Virus record (IMG/VR): IMGVR_UViG_3300033433_000003
Location: 1-52,959 of that record
Length of the DNA stretch: 52,959 bases
From: a virus
Lineage: Duplodnaviria; Caudoviricetes
Strand: one strand, 5' to 3'
The notes beneath the pieces were generated by a model. It made no database searches. It was not told the DNA's origin and saw only the letters and a program-made list of their open reading frames with translations. Both the position numbers and the translations under genes were made by a program. Shown one piece after another: positions 38,923-49,382 of the stretch (position 1 is the stretch's first letter; every line of letters begins with the position of its first letter).

Positions 38923-38933
38923 CGGAGACAAAA

Positions 38934-39338
38934 ATGGCCGGATCTTTTTCTGATTATCTGGAGATGCAAATTCTCAAATGGGCATTCACAACTGACGCTG
39001 TGACGAGGCCTACAGCATGGTATGTCGCTCTTTTCAGCACTGCTGAAGGTGACGCTGCTGGCGGCACTGAACTCACCGGCGCTGGCGGCTATGCAAGGCA
39101 GTCAATCGGTTCAATGGCGTGTACTGGAACAACTGCGCCACAGGCCGCAAACCAGGCCATCGTTACCTTTGGTCCGGCAACAGGAGCTGACTGGGCGACG
39201 GCAACACATTTCGCAATCATGGACGCACCAACTGGAGGAAATGAACTTGCATGGGGCCAGCTTCCCGTTTCAAAGACCGTTCAGGTCGGTGACTCGGCAG
39301 CCTATGCCATCGCAGCGCTGGTTGCATCGTTGGACTGA
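38934..39338 (+). CDS. conserved virion structural protein
   Basis: SDYLE, YVALF, GTE..GYARQ, W..ATHFAIMDAPTGGN.L. Confidence 0.75.
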   Translation: MAGSFSDYLEMQILKWAFTTDAVTRPTAWYVALFSTAEGDAAGGTELTGAGGYARQSIGSMACTGTTAPQAANQAIVTFGPATGADWATATHFAIMDAPTGGNELAWGQLPVSKTVQVGDSAAYAIAALVASLD

Positions 39339-39346
39339 TCGATTTA

Positions 39347-39378
39347 TGGCCAGGGCGAAAGCCCTTGGCCTATTTTTT
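39347..39378 (+). terminator. rho-independent terminator
   Basis: GGCCAGGGC-GAAA-GCCCTTGGCC plus T-run. Confidence 0.8.
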
Positions 39379-39397
39379 AATTTCAATGAGTATCTAA

Positions 39398-39646
39398 ATG
39401 GCTTTTTACACTGATGGAGTTGAGACTATTCAAGCTGTTCAGTTTGATGGAGTTGATTATGGAAAGCTTGCTGATCTTTCTTCATTGGTAGTCGGAAGTC
39501 CTGTTGAGAGAATTGATTCAACGTTCATTGTTCCTGGAACCCAAACTCCTGTTTCAGAAGGCAACTACTTCGTGCTATTTGTCGACAACACATTCGGCGT
39601 AATAGATGCTGAAACTTTTGAGTCTAAATATCAATTGACCGATTGA
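39398..39646 (+). CDS. hypothetical protein
   Basis: IQAVQFDG...FESKY pattern. Confidence 0.65.
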   Translation: MAFYTDGVETIQAVQFDGVDYGKLADLSSLVVGSPVERIDSTFIVPGTQTPVSEGNYFVLFVDNTFGVIDAETFESKYQLTD

Positions 39647-41997
39647 TGGCAACTGTACTCACATATACAGCAGCTGGAACTTCAACCTTTACAGTTCCTG
39701 ACGGAGTAACATCCATAATCATCAGACTTTGGGCTGGCGGTGGAGCTGGGGCTGGTCGAACTTCGCAGGGATGTGGAGGCGGCGGAGCAGGTGGTCAGTA
39801 TGTAATAAAAACTTTGACCGTAACTCCTGGTCAAGTTTATACCGTTGTTGTTGCAGCAGCAGCAGCAGGTTCAACGACATTAACAGTAAATGGTAATGAT
39901 TCGTATTTCTATCTTGTTTCTGGCACGAACCTTGCGCTCGCCAAAGGCGGAGCTGGCGCAACATTAAATAGCGCAACTGGAGCAACAGGATCGACCACAG
40001 GTGGAATAGGTGATACAGTATATAAGGGCGGCAATGGCCAGAACGGTTCTGGAACAACATACTCTGGAGGTGGCGGAGGCGGAGCTGGCACAACAGGAAA
40101 TGGTGGCACGAATGCCAATGCTACTGCAACAGCCGCAAGTCAGTTTGGCGCAGGAACTTCTTTGTCTGGCGGAAACGGTGGAGGTTCTCGTTCAACTGCT
40201 GGAGCTGGAAGCGCAGGTTCAACTGCTGGTGGCGGCGGTGGCGGCGCATGGCGTGCCACATCAACAAACAGAGCTGGCGGCGGTGGCGCAATTGGAAGAG
40301 CTGAGATTGAATATACTCCATATGTTCCTCCAGCCGGAAATGTTCTTGGATATGATCATATAGCAACAAATTCAGGTTATTTCCCTGCTGATTGTGGCGG
40401 TCTGAATAAGATCGTCGTAACACAGAACATCAACGTAACTGCCATGAGGCATTACGTAAATGGTGTCGGAAACATTAAAGGTGTTATCTACGCATCGGAT
40501 GGAGCAGGAGGTAAAGCTGGAACAGAATTATATAGGACAACTGCCGCAGCAAAAAGCGCCAGTTATACTTGGACAGAGAACACAGCATCATATACGCTAA
40601 CGCCTGGAACATATTGGTCAGGTTTTGTAGTCGACAGCGACACCTGGTCCTATTACGACACAGGACAAACCGGGGAAGAGCTGCTGGCGCTGAACGTGGT
40701 AACCGGCATATACACCACGCCGACCAACAGCCCAGGGATCAACTCGGACAACGTGGATGTTCAGGTTTCGTCTTATCTGACGTATACCACAGGATCAACA
40801 ACGCACGTTCTTACAGGGTCAATAGCCGGCCAATCTTCAATAAGCGGATCAATAAATAAGCTGTCAAAACTATCAGGTTCTATTGCAGGACTTAGTGTAG
40901 TTTCTGGATCAATGTACAGATCACTTAATGTTTCAGGAAGCATTTATGGAACAAGTTCTGTTTCAGGATCAATAAGAAAAGTATACAATATAACAGGATC
41001 TGTTCAATCATACAGTTTAATCGATGGCGCTTTAAAGAAAAAGTCAATTCTTTCAGGCTCAATACTTGGCGCATCGACAGTTTCAGGTTCGGCAACCAAA
41101 AAGTCAATTCTTTCAGGCTCAATACTTGGCGCATCGACAGTTTATGGAATTATCAGAAAGAAATCAATTCTTTCAGGATCAATTGCATCGATAGGATCGA
41201 CTTCAGGAACAATGAAGAAATCATCTTCACTTTCTGGATCGATAGTCAGCGCATCGACGGTACAAGGTCTGTTAAAAAAACTTTCCAAGTTATCAGGTTC
41301 GATAATCGCTCAGTCATCGGTGAACGGAACTATAACTTTGATTTTGCCAATATCAGGCTTATCAGGTTTTGTTTCTGCAACATCTTCAATATATGGTTCT
41401 CTTATCATAAATCGAAGGCTGTCTGGATCAGTCCAAGGCTCGTCGTCCGTAAATGGAACTCTTTCTGTAAACAGGAGGCTTGCAGGCCTGATTAATTCAA
41501 CCTTAAATGTATCAGGATCGTTAAACAAAAAATCAAAACTTTCAGGCTCAATATCTGGAACAACTTCATTTTCTGGAACGATCAGGAAAGTTTCAACTCT
41601 TAGTGGCACGATAACATGGATTGATTCCTTTGAAGGTTATCTTCATAATATTTCTACACTTTCAGGTTCTGTTTCATCGAAAGGATCTGTGACTGGAAAT
41701 ATTAAAAAATCTTCAAAGCTTTCTGGCTATATTCACTCGGCAGGATCAGTTACCGGTAATATAACAAGGATTGGCAAACTAAGCGGCTCCGTGCTTAGTT
41801 CCTCGAATGTATTAGGGTCGATTAACAAGCTTAATTGCTTGTCAGGTATAGTCTCTGGGGTATCGAACATATATGGAAATATCACGGCAGTAAAGTTCAT
41901 ACTTTATGTTAAAAATGGAGATCCAATAAAATGTGTTAACGTATTGAACTCCAACGAGCTTTATTTCAAAGTTACAGTTGATGTAGAAAAAATATAA
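39646..41997 (+). CDS. glycine-rich fibre/spike-like virion protein with ~20-aa SGSI repeats
   Basis: FTVPDGVT...WAGGGAG Gly-rich domain, central globular domain, then LSGSIxGxSxVSG repeats. Confidence 0.8.
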   Translation: MATVLTYTAAGTSTFTVPDGVTSIIIRLWAGGGAGAGRTSQGCGGGGAGGQYVIKTLTVTPGQVYTVVVAAAAAGSTTLTVNGNDSYFYLVSGTNLALAKGGAGATLNSATGATGSTTGGIGDTVYKGGNGQNGSGTTYSGGGGGGAGTTGNGGTNANATATAASQFGAGTSLSGGNGGGSRSTAGAGSAGSTAGGGGGGAWRATSTNRAGGGGAIGRAEIEYTPYVPPAGNVLGYDHIATNSGYFPADCGGLNKIVVTQNINVTAMRHYVNGVGNIKGVIYASDGAGGKAGTELYRTTAAAKSASYTWTENTASYTLTPGTYWSGFVVDSDTWSYYDTGQTGEELLALNVVTGIYTTPTNSPGINSDNVDVQVSSYLTYTTGSTTHVLTGSIAGQSSISGSINKLSKLSGSIAGLSVVSGSMYRSLNVSGSIYGTSSVSGSIRKVYNITGSVQSYSLIDGALKKKSILSGSILGASTVSGSATKKSILSGSILGASTVYGIIRKKSILSGSIASIGSTSGTMKKSSSLSGSIVSASTVQGLLKKLSKLSGSIIAQSSVNGTITLILPISGLSGFVSATSSIYGSLIINRRLSGSVQGSSSVNGTLSVNRRLAGLINSTLNVSGSLNKKSKLSGSISGTTSFSGTIRKVSTLSGTITWIDSFEGYLHNISTLSGSVSSKGSVTGNIKKSSKLSGYIHSAGSVTGNITRIGKLSGSVLSSSNVLGSINKLNCLSGIVSGVSNIYGNITAVKFILYVKNGDPIKCVNVLNSNELYFKVTVDVEKI

Positions 41998-42004
41998 TTT
42001 TTTA

Positions 42005-42298
42005 ATGACTATGAAAATTTATACTCCACCATGCTCTGTTAAGCTGATTGCCAAGATTGATCCTACTGAAAACCCTGACTCAGCAAAAGTAACTGTGAAG
42101 TGTTCAAGTGAAGAAATTGAAACAACCGTTATTTATGAAGAGGAAATGACGTATAATGAAGAGCTTAAACAATTTGAAAAGCAGTTGAATATAACTGCTT
42201 CAGGACCTTTTGGCGCGTACTCGCAGTTTAGTGAGGTGTTTTCTGGCTCTGGCTATGGATCTGATAAAAACTATTTTCTTGTAAACAAACCAAAATAA
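42005..42298 (+). CDS. hypothetical (Ig-like?) protein
   Basis: Beta-rich 97 aa. Confidence 0.55.
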   Translation: MTMKIYTPPCSVKLIAKIDPTENPDSAKVTVKCSSEEIETTVIYEEEMTYNEELKQFEKQLNITASGPFGAYSQFSEVFSGSGYGSDKNYFLVNKPK

Positions 42299-42301
42299 AT
42301 T

Positions 42302-42688
42302 ATGTCACTACCAATCATCGGATCACTTATTGATCTTGTAAGTAAATTCAAGTCAAGCCCTGAAGAGAGAACAAGACAGGCAGCTCTTGAAATTGAGCCA
42401 CTCATTCTTCAGCTTCAAGCAAATCTCGCTGAAGCGCAACATCCCAACTTCTTTGTTGCTGGTTGGAGATCAGCGGCTGGATGGGTTTGTGTGCTGGGAA
42501 TGTTCTACCAATACATCATATACAACCTTCTGATGTGGGTGTGGGCATTCTTTGGCGTCAAAGGCATTCCACCTCAGCCTCTTGATGTCGCCATTCTTAT
42601 GACGATGCTTGGCACGTTGCTCGGTGTCGGAACAATGAGGAGCTATGACAAAAGACAGGGAACTGACACAAAACAAATATCAAAATGA
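42302..42688 (+). CDS. holin (3TM / GTA-holin-like)
   Basis: NLAEAQH..FVAGWR...GWVC, LLGVGTMRSYDK. Confidence 0.85.
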   Translation: MSLPIIGSLIDLVSKFKSSPEERTRQAALEIEPLILQLQANLAEAQHPNFFVAGWRSAAGWVCVLGMFYQYIIYNLLMWVWAFFGVKGIPPQPLDVAILMTMLGTLLGVGTMRSYDKRQGTDTKQISK

Positions 42689-43002
42689 AAAGATTAATTC
42701 CACTTCTGCTCATTTCAGCAATGAGCCTTTCTGGTTGCCGGAACACCAACAATATGTTTGCTGGAGCCTGGGGTCTGAACACAATGACCAGGAACGCAAG
42801 CTCAGAACTTCTTGATGCCAACAAAATCACGGCGGCAGAAGGTCAGCACATCAAGGATGTCAATGATGAGGCTGCTTCAGCGCTCAATTCAGCTTGGAAG
42901 ATCAGGTTGGTGAACAAGGATGTCGCAAAAACAACGGTTCAGAAAGAAACTGAATCGCTCAAGCTTATTCTCAACTTCCTTGAATCAAAGGGTACAAAAT
43001 GA
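42685..43002 (+). CDS. lipoprotein, spanin candidate
   Basis: Lipobox LSG-C after a hydrophobic signal; follows the holin. Confidence 0.65.
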   Translation: MKRLIPLLLISAMSLSGCRNTNNMFAGAWGLNTMTRNASSELLDANKITAAEGQHIKDVNDEAASALNSAWKIRLVNKDVAKTTVQKETESLKLILNFLESKGTK

Positions 43003-43226
43003 ATATCTCAGAGTTCATCAAAATAGCTGAAGAGCTGGCTCCTTATGCCGAAACACTGATCAAAGTTTATCCAGAGGCTGCAAAGTTGATCAAAAGGCTT
43101 TCAGGGATCGTTACCGACGCTGATGTCGAAGAAATGAAACGTGAAGACGAAAGCGCATCGGCAAGACAGCAGTCATCGATCGACGCCCGCCGAAAGCGTG
43201 AAGAAGAGATGGCAAATAATGAGTAA
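42999..43226 (+). CDS. hypothetical protein
   Basis: ATGA-coupled last gene of the late operon. Confidence 0.65.
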   Translation: MNISEFIKIAEELAPYAETLIKVYPEAAKLIKRLSGIVTDADVEEMKREDESASARQQSSIDARRKREEEMANNE

Positions 43227-43261
43227 GTTATATTAGGTTAATTTTTTGCCTATATAACATG

Positions 43262-43298
43262 GAAAACCCGTAAAGCCTGGTCAACTTTACGGGTTTTC
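43262..43298. terminator. bidirectional terminator between convergent arms
   Basis: GAAAACCCGTAAAG-N9-CTTTACGGGTTTTC perfect 14-bp stem. Confidence 0.85.
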
Positions 43299-43373
43299 TG
43301 ATTTATTTGACACGTTATACGGCCCTAAAAATCGTCTCGCCTATACTTACCTATACCCTAAAAAGAGGGGTAT

Positions 43374-45257
43374 TTAAGCTGTCAAAAGGTTATTCGACAT
43401 ATTGAATAAACCTCTTTCCCTCCCTTTATCGACTATCGTGAACGACACATCCTGCTTGTTAATAAGGCATTCGATTATGTATTCATCAATAGTTCCTATT
43501 CCAGCATAGTTGTAGTATGTAACATCTTTCGTCTGACCAATTCGCATCGTGCGATCTTCGCTCTGAATTCTGTCTCTATACGAAAAGCTATTGCTGAAAT
43601 AATGAACACTCGAAGCAGCAATGAGAGTGAGACCTGTTCCGCCAGCTTTTTGGTTTCCTATGAAAACATCAAGTCCACTTTTCTCCCAGACCTCAACTTC
43701 TCCCTGCAAATGAATAAGCTCATCTTTCTTTTCAAACTGATCAATAATCTCAAGACGATCACTTCTTTTTGTCTTGCCATAATACCTTGCAGATGTGATT
43801 CCAAGCTCTTTCAGTGCATTGTGAATATCATCTATCTCGGTTGTGTACCTTGCCCATATAATCACCTTCTCACGCCGTTCGATGCACGCCGAAACCCTTT
43901 CCAAGAGAAGGTTTAACTTTGGATTTTCACCTGGTATTCTTACAGCAAACTCACTGCCGGGGTGCAAATAGTAACCTGATGTTATCTGTGAAAGTTTTGT
44001 TGCAGCAACAAGCCTTGTGAACGTTGCATCTTCACCTTCATATTCTATCCTTAACTGTTCCTCGGCCTTTTTGTATACAGAAGCCTGCTCAACAGTAAGG
44101 TAAAAAAATAATGTTTCATAAATCTTCTCAGGCAGATCAAGACAATCTTTCCTGAGAACGCGATATGAATAAGGTTCAATAAGTTTTGCAAGTTTGTCAA
44201 GGTTTTTGTATTGTGGCTTTTTGTCTTTGTCTCTTTCTACAATAATAGGAATCCTGTTTGGATTCAATGCAGATTTGAACTTTTTTAAGTGAACATTCAA
44301 TATCTGCTTTATAGATGTTATGAGTTCGATGCATCTCAGCTTTCCAGCATTTTGACTTTCAGGATTAAACATTCCTTCAAGTTCATCAAGCTTCTCTATA
44401 AACACTTCATAAAGGTCAGAGTCCCAAGCATCAAGAGCTGAAATACATTTGCTTAACAAAGGCATTCTTGCATTGGCAATGATGATTTTATAAAGTTCAT
44501 CATTGAACCTTTTTATATCAGATATTTGAACTGGATCAAGCTTTACCTTTTTGCCGACAATACTTTTAATAAGAGCATTGTTTGCAGGCAATGTTTTTGC
44601 ATATTCAGTTTTGAAAGCTCTGAATGATGATGTTTCAAGTATAGCCGGATTCAAGAACCTAAACTGGCTGAATGCGTCAAACGGAGAATTGTTGATTGGC
44701 GTACCAGTGATTATCTTTCTGTATTTGACCTTATCATGCTTTCTGAGTTTCTCCATGAATTTAGCTCTCATTCCAGTCGGATCTTTCATTGCATCACTTT
44801 CATCAGCGGCAATAAAAACTTTATTTCTCGTTGAAAGGAATTCAAGAATTTCATCAGTTCCTCTATCATATTGAAGGGCATCCCAGTTGAATGCATATAT
44901 CTTCAATAATCCATATTCATCGTTCTTAATAAATTCTTCACGCTCTTTTTGAATCCATTTTGCGTTGCCTGAATTCCAAGCGATAGATTTGTAGTTTACC
45001 CATTCAGGCATATGCTGAGCAAACTGCCCAACAATAGGTCGTGTCCAGTTCTCATGCACGCCATTTGGTGCGATTATCAAAACTGAATCAATATATCCTG
45101 ATTCCCATAGTTGGGCTATCTCATTTATGATCATCCAGCTTTTGCCTGTTCCCTGCTCACATAACAAAGCAAAGTATTCCCTCCCGGCATAAGTGGACAG
45201 GTAGTAAGCTTGATGCTTTAGCGGTTGAGTTTTGAATTTAGAAGGATGGAGGTTCAT
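43374..45257 (-). CDS. SNF2-like DExx helicase
   Basis: EQGTGKS, ADESD, TGTPINNSP, GGTGLTL, QSEDRTMRIGQ. Confidence 0.92.
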   Translation of the reverse strand: MNLHPSKFKTQPLKHQAYYLSTYAGREYFALLCEQGTGKSWMIINEIAQLWESGYIDSVLIIAPNGVHENWTRPIVGQFAQHMPEWVNYKSIAWNSGNAKWIQKEREEFIKNDEYGLLKIYAFNWDALQYDRGTDEILEFLSTRNKVFIAADESDAMKDPTGMRAKFMEKLRKHDKVKYRKIITGTPINNSPFDAFSQFRFLNPAILETSSFRAFKTEYAKTLPANNALIKSIVGKKVKLDPVQISDIKRFNDELYKIIIANARMPLLSKCISALDAWDSDLYEVFIEKLDELEGMFNPESQNAGKLRCIELITSIKQILNVHLKKFKSALNPNRIPIIVERDKDKKPQYKNLDKLAKLIEPYSYRVLRKDCLDLPEKIYETLFFYLTVEQASVYKKAEEQLRIEYEGEDATFTRLVAATKLSQITSGYYLHPGSEFAVRIPGENPKLNLLLERVSACIERREKVIIWARYTTEIDDIHNALKELGITSARYYGKTKRSDRLEIIDQFEKKDELIHLQGEVEVWEKSGLDVFIGNQKAGGTGLTLIAASSVHYFSNSFSYRDRIQSEDRTMRIGQTKDVTYYNYAGIGTIDEYIIECLINKQDVSFTIVDKGRERGLFNMSNNLLTA

Positions 45258-45700
45258 TATTTCCAGATTAAATATGTTCGTAAATCTTTTATTAGCATTT
45301 TTGGAACGTCACCATTTGGTTGAAGCGCAAACCAATAAGTTGATATTGAAATCAATTCATCAACCGTCATTTCATTTACGAAGTCAGCATATATACAACC
45401 ATCGATCAACATCCATCGTTTGTCGGTGCAAATCAATAACCATCCTACACCTCCAGCATTCTTTTGGTCAAGAAACCAATTTTTCTGCTCTGTTGATACT
45501 TTATGATTTGAACCAAACAGAGGTGTCGTACTACGCTTTGGCTCTTTCGGGGATTTGATTTCTATCCAACACTCACAGCCTTCCAAGCATTGGTTTACAT
45601 CTGGCATTCCGATGATCATCAAATTTTCTATTCTTTGAATTCTATCTTTGAATACCTTGATTGCCTTTCGATACTTCAAGTATGCTGACTTCTCACTCAT
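45257..45700 (-). CDS. VRR-NUC / Holliday-junction-resolvase-like nuclease
   Basis: GMPDV...WIEIK, Q..W. Confidence 0.8.
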   Translation of the reverse strand: MSEKSAYLKYRKAIKVFKDRIQRIENLMIIGMPDVNQCLEGCECWIEIKSPKEPKRSTTPLFGSNHKVSTEQKNWFLDQKNAGGVGWLLICTDKRWMLIDGCIYADFVNEMTVDELISISTYWFALQPNGDVPKMLIKDLRTYLIWK

Positions 45701-45733
45701 AATGATATATACATTAATAAATATTTGCTCATA

Positions 45734-45928
45734 CTATACCATCCTATTTTTGTAACTTCCACACTTGAAGTCTGTTCCTTTGCCTATTGACCATCGAAAG
45801 GTTTTTCTGGTTTTATCATCAACATGTCTAATCAAAACACGATTGAAAATTATGGAGGTTATTGTATTCAATATTCCAAGCCAGCTTGTACCTCTGAAAT
45901 AAAATCTGTTTTTAAAATACTTACTCAT
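45734..45928 (-). CDS. hypothetical protein
   Basis: Small ORF overlapping the dnaE stop. Confidence 0.5.
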   Translation of the reverse strand: MSKYFKNRFYFRGTSWLGILNTITSIIFNRVLIRHVDDKTRKTFRWSIGKGTDFKCGSYKNRMV

Positions 45929-48737
45929 TTTCACCATCCTTGGTTTTTGTTTTAACCTCTCCTTCAGGTTTATTTAGCCATTTCCATTTGGTTACAAAAG
46001 CATATCTTATTCCGTTCCAGAACTTTGCTCTAACAAGCAAATGGGCGCCAACAGGAACTGTATCCATCAATGTTCTTCCGCATCGCTCAAAGTCAAACCT
46101 GCCGATCCGTGCGCCTATGAGTTCTGTATCATCTCTGAACTTCAAGTCAATGAATGCGAATGGAGCGCCTTCAATTTTACCACCTCTCCTTTTAACAAAC
46201 ATCTCCTCATTGATGTCACGAGGGTTTTTGTGTACAAGTTCTGCGATAAAAACTCTTTCACATCCATGTCTCATTCCTTCTTCAAATTCACAGATATCAG
46301 ATACTTTGTCACAGTCAACATTGTACTTTTTAGGGTTTGCATAAATGTGACCATAGTTGTTGTGGAAAGGAAAGATGTCATCAAATTTTGATTTCTTCGC
46401 AAGGATTTTTTCTCTGTCTTTTGCAGACAACTTGCCTTCATTCCTGAGCGCAACAAACTTGGTTGCATTGGAATCTCCAATTCCTATCAATGCCGTGAAT
46501 CCGCCAAGAAGCATTCCATCTTTTACGCACCAAGTCTCTTCTGACTTTTCAATGTCGAACGGCGTAAACTGAACTCCTTCTCGACCCAACTCCCTGAGAA
46601 GTTCCAATGCTGAATCATCATCTTTGGCGTTCCTCAAGGTTGACGCTGCAAATTCAAGAAGGTGATACTTCTTCAAATATGCGCACCAATACGATATTAC
46701 AGCATAGCTGTACGTATGAGCTTTATTCATCTGCCACGAACCCATCGCATTGATAAGCTTCCAAGTCTTCATGGCTTCAGCTTCAGGAATACCGAGTGTT
46801 GCGGCTCCAGCAATAAAACGTGGAATGAACTTCTCGAAAAATTCAGTTCCCATTCGTTTTGAAATACCTTTCCTGATAAATGTCGTTTCTTCCCAGTTGA
46901 ACTTTCCGATGTTCCTTACAATAGCAAATGTCTGCTCCTGGTAAAGTGGAAGGCCGCAAGTTTCCCTCATACACTCTTCAACCAAAGGATGTAGCGCCGT
47001 ATATGGTTTGCCGTTCTTTCTGTCTACATAGTCATACACGATGCCGGCGCCATACGGTCCTGGCCTTGCCAAAGCTGTTACGTTATCAACTTCAGCAATG
47101 CTCTTGAATTCAACAAGCTTTGCCAAAGACCTCATTGCGTTCCCCTCGAACTGAAACAGTCCACAAAGTCTTCCAGAGCCAAACATAGATAGGACTTCTG
47201 GATCGTCAACAGGAAGATTATACCAGTCAATATTGATTCCTGTATCTTCAATGACACTCAACGTTCGCAGACCAAGAACATCAATTTTCAACAAGTTCAA
47301 AGACTCCGCTGCGTGCTTATCGCAGTGAGCAATTCCTTCAGCATCAACTGTTGCGTAGTTCGTAATCATATCATTGCAGATCAGAAGTCCAGCGGCATGA
47401 ACTCCAACGTGAGATGCATGACCTTCAAGCTTCGTTGCAATGATTGCATCAGGATACATTTTGATGAATTCCCTTCCAGGATCAGTTCCTGTAAGAGTGT
47501 CCTCCAGACAGTTAGTGGCACGAGCATCTGCAATTGACCTTTCAATCATCGCAGTCTTGACGTTATAAATCATTGCCGAAGGAATGTCGAGGGCCTTGCA
47601 TGTCGTTATGAGCGCACTTTTCGGCTTGTATACTGAGATAGTACCGATGTGAGCGACATTAGATGTTCCATATTTTTTCTCCATATATTCGAACACAATA
47701 TGCCTCTTCTTGTCAGGAAAATCAAGGTCGATGTCTGGGAGATCTTCGCGCGAGACATCAATGAATCGCTCAAAATACAGTCCTGGTGGGATCGGGTCGA
47801 TTTCTGTAATTCTTGCAAGATAGCAAACCAAAGAGCCTGCTGAGCTTCCGCGACTTGGCCCAACAAGCATATGCTGTTTTGCGTACCTAACCATATCTGA
47901 GACAATGATGAAATAGCTCGTGAAAGATTTTGACGCAATAAGATCAAGTTCGTATTTGAGCCTATCTTCATATACTTCATTCCAGATTCCCTCCATTTTA
48001 CGATATTTGATTCCTTCCCTACATAAAGCCTCCAAATCACCTTCTTCATGGATCATCGGAGCTTTACGAAGATTGAACATAGGGCATTGCAAAGCAATCA
48101 TTTCAGCTTGCTCTTGAAATTTGAGTTCTTCAAGTATATGCTGTTTCGTCATTTTCCTGCCAGCCTTCGATATGATTGCAAAAGGCTCTTCATCTTCTTC
48201 ATAGCAGAATGCATTGTCCGACGTTTCAACGATCCTGAGATTGTATTTGCTTGCCAGTGCTTTTTTCTTGGCGTTAAGAATCAAACTGGAAGGGTTAAGG
48301 TCAACAACAGCTTCAACCTCTTTCAAGAACTCTCCATCCAGTATATCTCCAGCAAATATCACGATATTGTTTGTCTTGGATATTTCCACGACATCATGAG
48401 TATACAACCTTGGAAGCTTCTGCTGGTACTGATTCGTTATTGTATTGTGATAGGCATTTGAATTGAAATTATACAATTCTTTCAGACCTTCTTGGTTCTT
48501 TGCGAGAAACCACATTTTTGTCTGCTCATTCTCGTCACTTACGATCAACTCAACGCCAAGAATTGGTTGAATCCCAGCAGCAACGCACGCCTTGTGCCAT
48601 GGTATGTGACCCCACGTTGAAGAGTCTACAATTCCTGCTGCTGTACATCCGATGTCTTTGAGTCTTTGAATAACTCTATCAATCTTGGCGTATGTCTGAC
48701 CAAAATGATATTCCGTGTGAAGCTTTAAGTGAATCAA
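45921..48737 (-). CDS. dnaE: DNA polymerase III alpha subunit (C-family)
   Basis: PHP N-terminus HTEY, GPSRGSSAGSLVCY, PDIDLDF, GVHAAG, KIDVLGL, NKAH..SY. Confidence 0.95.
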   Translation of the reverse strand: MIHLKLHTEYHFGQTYAKIDRVIQRLKDIGCTAAGIVDSSTWGHIPWHKACVAAGIQPILGVELIVSDENEQTKMWFLAKNQEGLKELYNFNSNAYHNTITNQYQQKLPRLYTHDVVEISKTNNIVIFAGDILDGEFLKEVEAVVDLNPSSLILNAKKKALASKYNLRIVETSDNAFCYEEDEEPFAIISKAGRKMTKQHILEELKFQEQAEMIALQCPMFNLRKAPMIHEEGDLEALCREGIKYRKMEGIWNEVYEDRLKYELDLIASKSFTSYFIIVSDMVRYAKQHMLVGPSRGSSAGSLVCYLARITEIDPIPPGLYFERFIDVSREDLPDIDLDFPDKKRHIVFEYMEKKYGTSNVAHIGTISVYKPKSALITTCKALDIPSAMIYNVKTAMIERSIADARATNCLEDTLTGTDPGREFIKMYPDAIIATKLEGHASHVGVHAAGLLICNDMITNYATVDAEGIAHCDKHAAESLNLLKIDVLGLRTLSVIEDTGINIDWYNLPVDDPEVLSMFGSGRLCGLFQFEGNAMRSLAKLVEFKSIAEVDNVTALARPGPYGAGIVYDYVDRKNGKPYTALHPLVEECMRETCGLPLYQEQTFAIVRNIGKFNWEETTFIRKGISKRMGTEFFEKFIPRFIAGAATLGIPEAEAMKTWKLINAMGSWQMNKAHTYSYAVISYWCAYLKKYHLLEFAASTLRNAKDDDSALELLRELGREGVQFTPFDIEKSEETWCVKDGMLLGGFTALIGIGDSNATKFVALRNEGKLSAKDREKILAKKSKFDDIFPFHNNYGHIYANPKKYNVDCDKVSDICEFEEGMRHGCERVFIAELVHKNPRDINEEMFVKRRGGKIEGAPFAFIDLKFRDDTELIGARIGRFDFERCGRTLMDTVPVGAHLLVRAKFWNGIRYAFVTKWKWLNKPEGEVKTKTKDGENE

Positions 48738-49285
48738 AGTAATGACTCCAAAAGTTGAGATTCAAGAAGAACTTCAGTCAAATCTTTTGCATCTGATAGA
48801 GCGCGGTGAGTTTGATTCAACGGCTTCTTCATGTAATGTTCATAAAGCACGGTGAGTTTTGGTCTGAACCCGAATATGTGATAATACTCCTGAACAGTAC
48901 AAATGATACACTTTGGCCACGGAAAGCTTTTGTTGGCTGCCGTACTGATTCGATTCAACTCCATACCAAGCATTCCTACATCAAATGGAGCATTATGAGC
49001 GATGAGATAATCAACGCCATACATTGCATCGATGATCGTCGGAAGGTACTGAGGGAAAGTTGGTTGACCTTTGAGCATCTCATTTGTGATTCCTCCAGCA
49101 TTTTTTGTTTGTTCTGCTGTTAGCATGAACTCTGGATTAATCAGCTGGCTGATCTCTTTTACAGGCCTAAGTCCATCAATTATGACAAGACCAAAATCTA
49201 TGATTCTTGGCTGCTGACTTAACGGCACTCTCTTGGGCTTTGGAAAACCTGTTGTTTCGGTATCGAATACGGCAAAACGGGGCAT
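48734..49285 (-). CDS. DEDDh 3'-5' exonuclease (epsilon/DnaQ-like)
   Basis: DTETTG, HNAPFD, HRALSDA. Confidence 0.92.
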   Translation of the reverse strand: MPRFAVFDTETTGFPKPKRVPLSQQPRIIDFGLVIIDGLRPVKEISQLINPEFMLTAEQTKNAGGITNEMLKGQPTFPQYLPTIIDAMYGVDYLIAHNAPFDVGMLGMELNRISTAANKSFPWPKCIICTVQEYYHIFGFRPKLTVLYEHYMKKPLNQTHRALSDAKDLTEVLLESQLLESLL

Positions 49286-49382
49286 AATCGTTAGTTTTTT
49301 GGGTGTTTTAACACGTTTTACGGGCTTAAAAATAAGGTCGGCGACCCGTAAGTATAGGCAAAAATTTAGCCTATATTTTTAA

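Noticed and set aside
36632-41997. Diversity-generating retroelement targeting a fibre gene
   Set aside because: No reverse transcriptase and no TR/VR pair differing at adenines was seen.
43374-48737. Inteins or introns in the helicase or DnaE
   Set aside because: No C/S...HN splice motifs or LAGLIDADG blocks; the ORFs are continuous.
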